63,934 bases of DNA from positions 1 to 63,934 of IMG/VR virus record IMGVR_UViG_3300048588_000315; one strand, given 5' to 3'. The notes beneath the pieces were generated by a model. The model worked only from the letters and a program-made list of their open reading frames with translations. It did no database searches and had not been told where the DNA came from. The stretch comes from a virus (taxonomy: Duplodnaviria > Caudoviricetes). Made by a program: the position numbers and the translations under genes. Positions 1 through 8,476 of this stretch are shown piece by piece (within the stretch, counting starts at the first letter, position 1; the number at the start of each line of letters is the position of its first letter).

Positions 1-1359
1 CTCGGCTGTGATGACCCGTCCTTCAGCGGCTGCTCTCGCCAGTTCTTCTTCGATGGCCGCGATCATGGCCTCGGCGAGATCGACATACAGCTTTCGCTGC
101 TTCGATTGCATCTGAACTTCGTAGACGTCCCATGTCTTTTCCGGCAAGCCGAGATTCGCCTCGGCCTTCGTGATCGAGAACGAGATGCGAGCCAGTCGCT
201 CCTTGATGAGCGGGACGTTCTGGATCGCGACCAGCTTCTCGAATCCGGCCTTCGACTTCTCGTAGACGCCATGGAACGTACGGAACACTTTGTAGTTCAT
301 GAACCCCGACAGTCCGCTGTCAAGGAACTCAAGCTGCGACCAGAGGTCCATCGGATTGTTCGCGATCGGCGTTCCAGTCAGGATCAGTCTGCGATCAGCG
401 AGATCGCGGATGTTTCGGCTGTTCTTCGATCGCTTGCTGTTCGGCGCTTTGATATAGTGAGACTCATCGAGAATCATGATGTCCCACGGAATGCGACTGA
501 ACGCTTCCATCGTGGTATGCAAAGCCTCATACGAACAGACGCAAGCCGAGAAGACGCAGTCATCCTCTTGCCGAACCGCTTCCGTGAGGCCACGGATCCG
601 GCGAACCTTTCCGCCGCGGATGACGACCACCTTTCCCGGCACAGTGGAGAACCGACCGAACTCATTGGACCAGTTCATTCGCACTTGCTTCGGCGCGACG
701 ATGAGGGCGCGGTGCATACCTTTTCCGGCCTTCACCTTCTGCTGTGCCTCATAGCCGACACGAGCGATGGCGATTGGCGTCTTGCCGGTCCCTTGCTGCA
801 TGAACAGCGCGAAGTATGCCTGCTGAAGCTGGCATACGAGAGCAGTTCGCTGATACGATGAAAGCGGGAGCTCGGGATGATCGATGAAGTCAGCCGGAAG
901 TTCCGGCACGACACCGTTCACCTTGAAGTTCGCAGCAGTTACGGCCGTCTTATTCTGGCTGAAGAACCGAAGCAGCAGATACCGATACAGATTCCGAGTC
1001 GCCTCGGTCTTGAAGATCAGCCGATCACTCGGCCAAGCGTGGCGGATCAAGATCGCAGTGAAGTCAGTCCCTGCGAGGACCCACGTGTCGCCCTGAAGAT
1101 GGCCGCGTTCCGGAACCCGCTTGAACCACCTTCTCGCGTCGTAGGACGGAGTCCAGTTCACGACTTCACCGTTGCGGACCGAGATCGCCGTCGCGATGAA
1201 CCGAGTACCGTCCTCATCGAGATCGAGCAGAAGCCGATCGGAAGCAGCGAGCTGAAGCTGCTCCAGCGAGTGTCCAGTAGCGCGGCTCAGTGGCTCCAGT
1301 GTCGGGAGCATACTGAGAAGTTCGAGAGCATTGTTTTCGTTGTTCGTAGTGTCGTTCAT
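1..1359 (-). CDS. SNF2/DEAD-like helicase, allele A, N-terminal 453 codons (runs off window start)
   Basis: In frame with and highly similar to 62461-63804. Starts MNDTTNNENNALELL after TAAGGAGG; contains GTGKT Walker A and DESH box. Missing from the ORF track because it has no stop in the window. Confidence 0.9.
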   Translation of the reverse strand, partial: MNDTTNNENNALELLSMLPTLEPLSRATGHSLEQLQLAASDRLLLDLDEDGTRFIATAISVRNGEVVNWTPSYDARRWFKRVPERGHLQGDTWVLAGTDFTAILIRHAWPSDRLIFKTEATRNLYRYLLLRFFSQNKTAVTAANFKVNGVVPELPADFIDHPELPLSSYQRTALVCQLQQAYFALFMQQGTGKTPIAIARVGYEAQQKVKAGKGMHRALIVAPKQVRMNWSNEFGRFSTVPGKVVVIRGGKVRRIRGLTEAVRQEDDCVFSACVCSYEALHTTMEAFSRIPWDIMILDESHYIKAPNSKRSKNSRNIRDLADRRLILTGTPIANNPMDLWSQLEFLDSGLSGFMNYKVFRTFHGVYEKSKAGFEKLVAIQNVPLIKERLARISFSITKAEANLGLPEKTWDVYEVQMQSKQRKLYVDLAEAMIAAIEEELARAAAEGRVITAE

Positions 1360-1489
1360 GGTACGTTGCGCCTCCTTAGCGCTGTTCAGTCGACGGATCG
1401 ACCTGATCATCGTCGGGGTTGAGGAAGTTAAGATTCGCACTCTTCATCGCCTGTCGTAGCATGGCGATTTCTTCTTCGTTGAGCTTGCC
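1..1489. repeat. Diverged terminal direct repeat, copy 1 (pairs with 62461-63934)
   Basis: Identical over 1-104 and 1363-1489. The middle has many mostly third-position substitutions and is 15 bp longer than copy 2. Confidence 0.95.
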
Positions 1490-1852
1490 GTTAGCAGCGT
1501 CCTTCTCCAGACTGCGAAGCTGAGCCACGAGCTTCTTCGCCTTGTCGATCTTCGGTTGGAGCTTATGGAGCTTTTCCTCCTGACCGATCTTCTTCAGTTG
1601 TGAGACACATGACTGATAGCCTTTCTCGGCTCGTGCCTCGTGATCTTCCCACCACTCAATGTCCTCCTGAAGAACTGCTATCTTCATCTTCAGTTCGGCG
1701 ATGCGACGCTGTGCCTGACCGTTGATGAGCGACTTCCAGAAGTTCATCATGCCGATGAGCTTCGCTCGCTTCACGTACACTGCCTCAGCATCGATCTTCC
1801 TTTTCCGTGCTTTCGCTTTCGCTTCTTTCCTGCTTGCCTTTGATTTCACCAT
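1376..1852 (-). CDS. Hypothetical basic coiled-coil protein
   Basis: 158 aa ORF with strong TAAGGAGG RBS; its stop overlaps the helicase RBS. Confidence 0.85.
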   Translation of the reverse strand: MVKSKASRKEAKAKARKRKIDAEAVYVKRAKLIGMMNFWKSLINGQAQRRIAELKMKIAVLQEDIEWWEDHEARAEKGYQSCVSQLKKIGQEEKLHKLQPKIDKAKKLVAQLRSLEKDAANGKLNEEEIAMLRQAMKSANLNFLNPDDDQVDPSTEQR

Positions 1853-1898
1853 TGTCAGGCCTCCTTAGCCTGCTTCCATTGAAAACTGTTTCTGCCTG

Positions 1899-2240
1899 CT
1901 GCGGCCCTGCGGCCCTGCCTGCGGCCCTGCGGCCCTGCGGCCCTGCCTGCGGCCCTGCGGCCCTGCCTGCGGCCCTGCGGCCCTGCCTGCGGCCCTGCCT
2001 GCGGCCCTGCGGCCCTGCCTGCGGCCCTGCGGCCCTGCGGCCCTGCCTGCGGCCCTGCCTGCGGCCCTGCGGCCCTGCGGCCCTGCGGCCCTGCCTGCGG
2101 CCCTGCGGCCCTGCCTGCGGCCCTGCGGCCCTGCCTGCGGCCCTGCGGCCCTGCCTGCGGCCCTGCGGCCCTGCCTGCGGCCCTGCGACCCTGCCTGCGG
2201 CCCTGCGGCCCTGCCTGCGGCCCTGCCTGCGGCCCTGCTG
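1899..2240. repeat. GC-rich microsatellite of GCGGCCCT (8 bp) and GCGGCCCTGCCT (12 bp) units
   Basis: Directly visible tandem array of about 340 bp between two genes. Confidence 0.95.
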
Positions 2241-2241
2241 T

Positions 2242-2985
2242 TCACAGCGTCATGTCGGGCCGCATTTTCTTTTCGCCTTCGATGCCATTGGCGTGAAGAC
2301 CGACTTCACGTGCATCGGCGGCTCCCTTGTAATAGGCATCACCGACAACGTTCTTCCTGCGGACGATCGCCTTGCCGAGACCACCCGGTATGTTGGAAGT
2401 GAACCAATCGTTGATGACATCGGCCTTCCGCACTACGATCGCCGTGCATTTGTTGTCCTCGGTCTTCCGCATTTCCTTGGCACGACACACGAGCTCAGCG
2501 ACGAACCCCTCGCAGTACGATGCAGTCTCCGCCGCCTGATTCCTGCGATAGTGCTGAAGCGACATCGCACGGATTGTGGCATGGAGCGCTGTATAGAGCG
2601 ACTTCGCGACTTCCACGTCGCGCTGAAGACCGACGAAATGGATCTCGGTCTTTCCAGTCTTCCACGAACGGATGAATGACTTCGTGTCGCAGATGAGATC
2701 GACGACATACGGCAGAGACTTCCGCCACGACCGAACCGTCTTGCCCGAGAGCTCGACGTAGTCCTCAACTGCCTGGACCCGGCATTGCTGCTGATCCGCT
2801 TGACGAAACATCGCCTCGTCTTCGGCGATGCCATACTTCTGCATCAGCTTCCGGCACTGAGAAGCCGCCGTCGCAGCTTCGTCGACCGTGCATCCACGGT
2901 CGGTTGTCATGCGCATCAGCTTGGCGATCTGCCCGAGGATTCGTTCCTTTGCCGACTGTTCCTTTTCACGCTCTTGCTCTGTCAT
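2242..2985 (-). CDS. DUF2786-family protein
   Basis: N-terminal ERILGQIAKLMRM...EAATAASQCRKLMQKYGI pattern; start moved to the ATG after the TAAGGAGG RBS. Confidence 0.75.
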   Translation of the reverse strand: MTEQEREKEQSAKERILGQIAKLMRMTTDRGCTVDEAATAASQCRKLMQKYGIAEDEAMFRQADQQQCRVQAVEDYVELSGKTVRSWRKSLPYVVDLICDTKSFIRSWKTGKTEIHFVGLQRDVEVAKSLYTALHATIRAMSLQHYRRNQAAETASYCEGFVAELVCRAKEMRKTEDNKCTAIVVRKADVINDWFTSNIPGGLGKAIVRRKNVVGDAYYKGAADAREVGLHANGIEGEKKMRPDMTL

Positions 2986-3015
2986 GGTAGGCCTCCTTAG
3001 CCTATAAGGTTGACT

Positions 3016-3084
3016 GCCTGTTCTCAACGTGAGAGCAGACTGGTCTCCGGCTTACCGTAGCAAGCCGGAGTGCAGTGCGCTGTC
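3016..3084 (-). ncRNA. Structured intergenic leader motif, copy A
   Basis: GACAGC-nn-ACTG-CA-stem-AC-CAGT followed by a CTC..GAG hairpin; covaries with three other copies. Confidence 0.7.
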
Positions 3085-3310
3085 ACCAGTGAATGTCCGT
3101 CGCCGGGATGAGAAGATCGCCTCGTTCGTTAAACGGCAGGCAGATCCAAGCATCTCCGTCTATTCGCAGTTCGTCCAGCGGTCGGGCAAGTCGCGCCCAG
3201 TCATACAAGCTGTTAGATCCATACATGGTCCACAGTTCATTGGGTGAACTGCAATTGAAGTCGCGACATGGATCAGACCTGAGCCCGAACCTGATCGATG
3301 CAATCGACAT
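3083..3310 (-). CDS. Hypothetical protein
   Basis: 75 aa from MSIASI, AAGGAGG RBS. Confidence 0.7.
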   Translation of the reverse strand: MSIASIRFGLRSDPCRDFNCSSPNELWTMYGSNSLYDWARLARPLDELRIDGDAWICLPFNERGDLLIPATDIHW

Positions 3311-3321
3311 AGCGACCTCCT

Positions 3322-3801
3322 TCACAGCAGTGTCGCCGGATCGGCGATGAACTGAATCGCTTCCCATCGCCGGCGCGCATCGGCCAGTACGCGCTCCAAC
3401 GTCGGTCCGTGCATCACGCTGATCTGATCGAGATCGTAGGCCTCACGATGCTCCAAGGCGTTTTTGATGCGAAGGTGCATCTCCTCTTCGGTGATGATCT
3501 CACGATCATCGCGCATCGACCGGAGAACGCTGAACGCCATGAACTTCCATTCAGCATCGTTATGCTTGTAGATCCGGACTTCCAGATCGCCGATGTCATC
3601 CGGTCCCTTGCCCTCGTCGTAGTCGTGGTAGTCGAGGACCCACGAATGGATGCTGTTCGTGTAAGGTGTCCGTGCCGGTTCAACATGCTGACGGAGGGTC
3701 GGCACGACGCTGAAGTCCCAGTGCTTCAGATTTCCGGCTGGCTCCGCCGCTTGAAGGATGCGGGTCGCGACAGGGACGGACAAGTGCGGGTTCTTCGACA
3801 T
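3322..3801 (-). CDS. Hypothetical protein
   Basis: 159 aa from MSKNPH, TAAGGAGG RBS. Confidence 0.8.
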   Translation of the reverse strand: MSKNPHLSVPVATRILQAAEPAGNLKHWDFSVVPTLRQHVEPARTPYTNSIHSWVLDYHDYDEGKGPDDIGDLEVRIYKHNDAEWKFMAFSVLRSMRDDREIITEEEMHLRIKNALEHREAYDLDQISVMHGPTLERVLADARRRWEAIQFIADPATLL

Positions 3802-3863
3802 GGTAGGCCTCCTTAGCCTATGAGGTTGAGACTGGCTCGCTGCTACATTGCAGCGAGCCACAG

Positions 3864-3905
3864 ACAAAGGGAAAGCTCGGCGTTTCCGCCGAGCTCCCGC
3901 TTCCC
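3864..3905 (-). terminator. Probable intrinsic terminator or attenuator hairpin
   Basis: Minus strand AGCTCGGCG-GAAA-CGCCGAGCT followed by TTCCCTTTG; a second hairpin lies at 3833-3860. Confidence 0.5.
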
Positions 3906-3931
3906 GGAATGCGGACCGAGGCGCCGACGAA

Positions 3932-4405
3932 TCAGGCCTTCGCTTCCTCGCCTTCCTCCTCGCTGTCCGGCTTGGCGAGCTCCTTGAGCTGATCCATGGT
4001 GAGACCGGCTTCCTTGAGTTGCTTCTCCAGGTCGGCCAGCGCGTTGATGACGCGAAGTCCCTTCTTGACGACCTTCGCCTGCTTCTCGTCGCCCATCGCG
4101 GCGAGCTGCTTCGCCTTGGTCTCGAGCTTCCCGGCCTTCGCCGTCATCTGCTCGGCCTTGAAGCGAAGCTCAGCGGCAGTGTGTTCGAGATACGCGGCCG
4201 TCGACTTGAAGTCCTTCTTCTTCAGCGGTTTGTTGACCTTGAAGTCGAAGCCGTCGGGGATCGCCTTCTCGAACGGATAGTCCGACTTCTTCGCCGGAGT
4301 GAAGGCGACGCGCTTCTTGCTCGCCTTCTTGTCCGCCTTCTCCGAGCCGGAACCTTGCTGCTGCTGACCACCGACGCGACGCGATTCAGACTGAGACTTG
4401 GCCAT
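3932..4405 (-). CDS. Hypothetical Lys-rich protein
   Basis: 157 aa, AAGGAGG RBS, strongly biased codon use. Confidence 0.85.
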   Translation of the reverse strand: MAKSQSESRRVGGQQQQGSGSEKADKKASKKRVAFTPAKKSDYPFEKAIPDGFDFKVNKPLKKKDFKSTAAYLEHTAAELRFKAEQMTAKAGKLETKAKQLAAMGDEKQAKVVKKGLRVINALADLEKQLKEAGLTMDQLKELAKPDSEEEGEEAKA

Positions 4406-4492
4406 GATAGGCCTCCTTGTTACTGCCGCGGAATTGCGGACAGTGAATCGGCACCGAGGACGTTACTCCGCGATGCCTTTATGAATCAGTGA

Positions 4493-4714
4493 TCAGTGGA
4501 GCAGATCGTACGCTTGCTGAAGCAAGCGAGACACTTGGAGATTGATCTGGCCTCCAAGAGATTCGGATCCTCTGGCGACCGCGGACTCCTGGAAGATATC
4601 CATGAGTGCCGACACGACTTCCTTCTCGCCAGCTTCGCCGATGAGCCGGAGCAGCGCGGCTTTCACGTGATCGACACGAGCCTCGGCCTCAAGCCGGTCA
4701 CCATGCTCCGTCAT
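4493..4714 (-). CDS. Hypothetical protein
   Basis: 73 aa from MTEHGD; ATGA overlap with the upstream stop. Confidence 0.65.
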   Translation of the reverse strand: MTEHGDRLEAEARVDHVKAALLRLIGEAGEKEVVSALMDIFQESAVARGSESLGGQINLQVSRLLQQAYDLLH

Positions 4715-5064
4715 CTTCGAAGTGGCGTTGGAATCGAGAGCGTTGAAGCAGCGCGATGAGCGGCATCCACGGTACGCTCGGTGAAGTCCTCGCTGAGAGG
4801 CGGCACGGCATCGGTCAGCGCTTTCGCGATCGGCTTCAACGCTGGCGTGTAGTGCTGATCGACGCGTTCCTTCGCGTCCTTGTAGATGACGCCGACCGAC
4901 CCGTCCCACTCACCGATGGGCACGACGCCATCTTCGGTGAACGCGCTGCAGATGTCCTTGTCGCCATCCCACTTCGCTTCGAAGTCGATGGCCCGAACCG
5001 CCGCCTTCCAAGACTTGTAGTTGCTGAACTCACGCTCGCCGAGATGATTGATGCTCTTCGCCAT
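4711..5064 (-). CDS. Hypothetical protein (paralog of 5565-5771)
   Basis: 117 aa, TAAGGAGG RBS; WKAAVRAIDFEAKWDG...DG..IGEW matches the 5565 ORF. Confidence 0.8.
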   Translation of the reverse strand: MAKSINHLGEREFSNYKSWKAAVRAIDFEAKWDGDKDICSAFTEDGVVPIGEWDGSVGVIYKDAKERVDQHYTPALKPIAKALTDAVPPLSEDFTERTVDAAHRAASTLSIPTPLRR

Positions 5065-5099
5065 AGTGTAGGCCTCCTTAGCCTAGTGTTGTGAACTGT

Positions 5100-5160
5100 C
5101 CGTCTCAGCATTGAGAGCGGATCGGTCTCGGGCCCGAAGGCCCGAGTGCGATGCGCTGTC
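5100..5160 (-). ncRNA. Structured intergenic leader motif, copy B
   Basis: GACAGC-GC-ATCG-CA-CTCGGGCC-TTCG-GGCCCGAG-AC-CGAT; C(UUCG)G tetraloop on the sense strand. Confidence 0.7.
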
Positions 5161-5162
5161 GC

Positions 5163-5474
5163 TTACTTCAAACTGCCGTCGGCTCGGGCCGCACAGAACT
5201 TCTTCGCGGCCTTCTTCGCCTTGCCTTTCTTCGCCTTGCCTTTCTTCGCCTTGCGATGCTTCGGCTTGCGACGCTTGATCACGTCACCGAGGACGCTGGC
5301 GTCCATCGGCAACGTGAGCTCCTTGCTCGCCTTCGCCTTCAGGCGATCGATGCGGGACTCGATCCGCTTGACTTCCTTGTCACGCTTGCGGAGCAGCGCG
5401 ATGCACTGCTTCTGCAGCTTGCGGATTTCAGACAGGACCGAATCGAACCGACGCTTGCTGAACTGCTTCGACAT
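5163..5474 (-). CDS. Small highly basic protein with histone H1-like KAKKG repeats
   Basis: 103 aa, KAKKGKAKKGKAKKAAKK tail, TAAGGAGG RBS. Confidence 0.8.
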   Translation of the reverse strand: MSKQFSKRRFDSVLSEIRKLQKQCIALLRKRDKEVKRIESRIDRLKAKASKELTLPMDASVLGDVIKRRKPKHRKAKKGKAKKGKAKKAAKKFCAARADGSLK

Positions 5475-5505
5475 GGTAGGCCTCCTTAGCCTAGAACATT
5501 GAATG

Positions 5506-5566
5506 CCACTCTCACCTTGAGAGCGGACCGGTCTCGGGCCCGAAGGCCCGAGTGCGGTACGCTGTC
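5506..5566 (-). ncRNA. Structured intergenic leader motif, copy C
   Basis: GACAGC-GT-ACCG-CA-CTCGGGCC-TTCG-GGCCCGAG-AC-CGGT-CCGCTCTC..GAGAGTGG. Confidence 0.7.
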
Positions 5567-5771
5567 ATCGATACGTGTCAGCGATGACACGCTCGTATCC
5601 CTTCTCTGTCAGCACTGAACCGATGTTGCGCTTCCGCTTCCAGTTGCCGAGAGCGATGCATCCGTCCTTGTCGTACGCCACGATCATGTCACCGCGTCCT
5701 TCGAACTCGGCTTCCGGGTCCAGAGCACGAACTTGCTTCTTCCACGCTTCGAACTTGTTGATCCACTTCAT
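5565..5771 (-). CDS. Hypothetical protein, first gene of the putative early run
   Basis: 68 aa from MKWINK, TAAGGAGG RBS. Confidence 0.75.
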   Translation of the reverse strand: MKWINKFEAWKKQVRALDPEAEFEGRGDMIVAYDKDGCIALGNWKRKRNIGSVLTEKGYERVIADTYR

Positions 5772-5802
5772 ATAGGCCTCCTTAGCCTGATTAGAGAACA
5801 CG

Positions 5803-5871
5803 CTGCACTCAACGCGAGAGCAGTTCGGTCCCGATCCGCTATTGCATACGGATCGGGTGCGAAATGCTGTC
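5803..5871 (-). ncRNA. Structured intergenic leader motif, copy D
   Basis: GACAGC-AT-TTCG-CA-CCCGATCCG..CGGATCGGG-AC-CGAA-CTGCTCTC..GAGTGCAG. Confidence 0.7.
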
Positions 5872-6286
5872 GTTCATTTCACTGAGACCCGTTTCGGCTT
5901 CGCGCGATTCATTGGATTGAGCAGGATCCAAATTTCGCGGTTATCCAAAACGTGTAGCAAGCTACGCTGCTATCACAGCAGTGTCTCACCAGCTTGCTAA
6001 CGGCAGGAAGGATTTTCTTTCGGTGAACGGTTTTCGCCAAATTCATCACCTACGAATCCGTACCCATTTTCTTCACACGACACGATCGGGTCGCAGCAGT
6101 TCTTCACAGAACAAACCACTTTTTCAGGGACTGTTTCGTTGCCTACTTGAGAATCCGGCGGCACGTATTTTCTCGCTCGCGCCATTGCAGAATTCCCGCC
6201 CTGCTTTCCCGCACCGTTTCACGCGTCACGCGTTTTCGTGCGTCCTGCCGTCTTCACTTGTCATTTACTACAGCTATAATTTACCA

Positions 6287-6312
6287 TAACCACTTGTGAT
6301 GACAAGTGGTTA
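6287..6312. promoter_or_regulatory. Operator-like palindrome TAACCACTTGT-GATG-ACAAGTGGTTA
   Basis: Perfect 11-bp inverted repeat with an extra half-site at 6255-6264, in an AT-richer non-coding region next to a TATAAT. Confidence 0.5.
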
Positions 6313-6438
6313 GCATCATTTCTCCTCAATTTTCTTCAAATTGTTCATTTTCCGTAAACCGAGCAATTTCAACGACTTACGACGGATTCTCGCCACGTTT
6401 CGCGGTTTTCCGCCGCTGGCCCCTCTTATATAGCTTCG

Positions 6439-6487
6439 GCGGCAGGGCGGCAGGGCCAGCGGCAGGGCGGCAGGGCCAGCGGCAGGA
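6439..6487. repeat. Short GGCAGGGC/GGCAGGGCCAGC microsatellite, inverted relative to the other copies
   Basis: Reverse complement of the 8/12-bp units at 24.5-24.75 kb and 55.06-55.2 kb. Confidence 0.8.
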
Positions 6488-6494
6488 TCCATAG

Positions 6495-8474
6495 CTACCG
6501 AATTGGAGACGCCACGATTTTCCCTTCCACCGTGATCGGCTTTTCGCATCCTGCTTCGGCCCAGTTTCTGTCACTGAATCCCATGTCGATGATGATCGGC
6601 ACGAGGAACGGAGAGGAGACGGATTCCATCGTTTCACGGAAATGCCGATGCAGTCTTGGATCTCGCGCTGCTTCATGAGGAACGTAGGAATCCGTGGAGT
6701 CGTGGACGAGAGCGAAGAGACGCATCCCGAAATCGCGAGAAGTGGAGTTGTATCGCGGGGCGAGAGCGACGACTCGCTCTTTCATCACATCGGCCGCCGA
6801 AGACTGAATGACCGCGTTGAATGCTTTATGAGCCGCCTTGTCTGGAAGAGTCCTCACTCTGCCGAAGTGATTGAACACGTTCCCGCGCATCTTGATCGTG
6901 TCCATCGCCTTCCGAGACGTCGCGCGAATTCCAGGCAGTCGTTCGTGATACGTTGAGTAGACGTCATCGGCTCGCTTCTCAACGAACTCGTTGAACGCCA
7001 GCGCTCGGTTCGCTTCATCCAGTGTTCCGGCCTTGATCAGAGCCGAGACGGTCTCAGTAGCTTCAGCGATGATGTCAGGGTTCGTTACGAGACGCTTCTT
7101 CGTCGTTCGCTTTCCAGCCCCGAACGCCATCGTGAAGTTCAATGTCTTCGCAGGCTTCCGTTTGATCGTGCAGAGTTCGGCGACCCATCGATGAAAGTCC
7201 GTTCTCGGGTTCTGCCGATACGCTTCGATCGCCGTCTCGTCAACGATGTAGTGAACGATCAGGCGAAACTCGATCTGCGAATAGTCGCCACCGAAGATCG
7301 AATACCCATCAGGCGGAATGATGAGCTCCTTCGCCCGGCTGTTCAACTGCTGCGCATTAGGCTTCCGGCACGAGAGACGTCCAGTGCGAACGCATTGGTT
7401 GTATGACGGATGCAGGACTCCGTCGACGTTCAGTTCATCGTAGGTCTGCAGAAACAGTCCGTGGAACTGAGACTCCTTCTTGTACGTCGCCATCAAGTTG
7501 AGGATCTTCTTGACACGTTCATCGAAAAGCACTTTCGGGTGGACAGCGTATGCCGCCATCGCTTCCTTGTCGAAGGATGGATTGCCAGTCTTGTCGTCTC
7601 GCTTGAGGACCGGAAGGCCGAGCTGATTGACCAGAAGATCGTAGGTCTGCGGCGAAGAGTTCGGGTTCATCTCATAGCCGAGCAGCTTCGCCAGCTTCTC
7701 TTCCAGCATGATCATGTGCTGAAGCGTCTTGTAGCGCTCCATCTTCACACGGAGCCGATCCACTCTCATGCCCTCTTCTTCGATATCGAACAGGATCGGC
7801 GTGAAGAGAATCTCGGTCTCCCATACCTTGGCGCATCGTTCTGGCCTACGCCGAAGCATCTCGTGGTAGAGCTCTCTGTTACTGAGAACGTCGCCGCAAG
7901 CGTAGTGTCCGGCCAGATCGATCGGAAGATCACCATAGTCCTTCGACTTCAGTGCCGACAGGAACGCCGACACGCGGTCCTCTTCATGATCTTTCCATCC
8001 GCACCACTCTTGCCGGAGGACCTTCAATCCGTAGGAGAGCCGATCACTCTGGACCAGCTTGGCGAGAGTGTTCGTGTCAACCAATCGACCGCCGAATATC
8101 GCGCCGTCTCTCGCTGCGAAGTGCGCATCGAACAGAACGTTGTGATTGATCCAGTTCTCGCACGTAGCCAGCGTGTCTCTCAACCACGGACGGACGTTCT
8201 CTAACGGGAGATTCTTCGGGTGAGACTTCCACTCTCGCCCGGGATTCGCGTTGTGGCGGACCGGCACGAAGAAGGATCTCGGGTCGTCGTCTCGCGTGAC
8301 GGCGATGCCGCTGATCCTGTGACCGTGGAACGGCTGGAACGCTTCCACTTCGCGATTGAACGAAGTGGTCTCGAAGTCTTGGAAGAGCATCTTCGCGTTC
8401 ATCATGTCCGGTAATTCGGACGCGGACTCGACCACGAATCTGTTCTGGCCTAGTGAGATCATGGCGACGGGCAT
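6495..8474 (-). CDS. DNA polymerase family A with 3'-5' exonuclease
   Basis: Exo motifs DFETT and HNVLFD; polymerase motifs TGRLSC, DYSQIEFR, KTLNFTMAFG, VHDS. Confidence 0.95.
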   Translation of the reverse strand: MPVAMISLGQNRFVVESASELPDMMNAKMLFQDFETTSFNREVEAFQPFHGHRISGIAVTRDDDPRSFFVPVRHNANPGREWKSHPKNLPLENVRPWLRDTLATCENWINHNVLFDAHFAARDGAIFGGRLVDTNTLAKLVQSDRLSYGLKVLRQEWCGWKDHEEDRVSAFLSALKSKDYGDLPIDLAGHYACGDVLSNRELYHEMLRRRPERCAKVWETEILFTPILFDIEEEGMRVDRLRVKMERYKTLQHMIMLEEKLAKLLGYEMNPNSSPQTYDLLVNQLGLPVLKRDDKTGNPSFDKEAMAAYAVHPKVLFDERVKKILNLMATYKKESQFHGLFLQTYDELNVDGVLHPSYNQCVRTGRLSCRKPNAQQLNSRAKELIIPPDGYSIFGGDYSQIEFRLIVHYIVDETAIEAYRQNPRTDFHRWVAELCTIKRKPAKTLNFTMAFGAGKRTTKKRLVTNPDIIAEATETVSALIKAGTLDEANRALAFNEFVEKRADDVYSTYHERLPGIRATSRKAMDTIKMRGNVFNHFGRVRTLPDKAAHKAFNAVIQSSAADVMKERVVALAPRYNSTSRDFGMRLFALVHDSTDSYVPHEAARDPRLHRHFRETMESVSSPFLVPIIIDMGFSDRNWAEAGCEKPITVEGKIVASPIR

Positions 8475-8476
8475 TC

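Noticed and set aside
1-1489. True terminal direct repeat or DGR template/variable pair
   Set aside because: Physical terminal repeats would be identical; differences are mostly synonymous, not adenine-specific, and no reverse transcriptase is present.
1807-2679. Long ORFs across the microsatellite on both strands
   Set aside because: They are low-complexity translations of a stop-free GC repeat with no RBS.
3016-5871. Integron attC sites, or hammerhead/twister/pistol/HDV ribozymes
   Set aside because: No RYYYAAC..GTTRRRY ends or integrase, and I could not find the conserved catalytic cores of those ribozymes by eye. An Rfam search is still needed.
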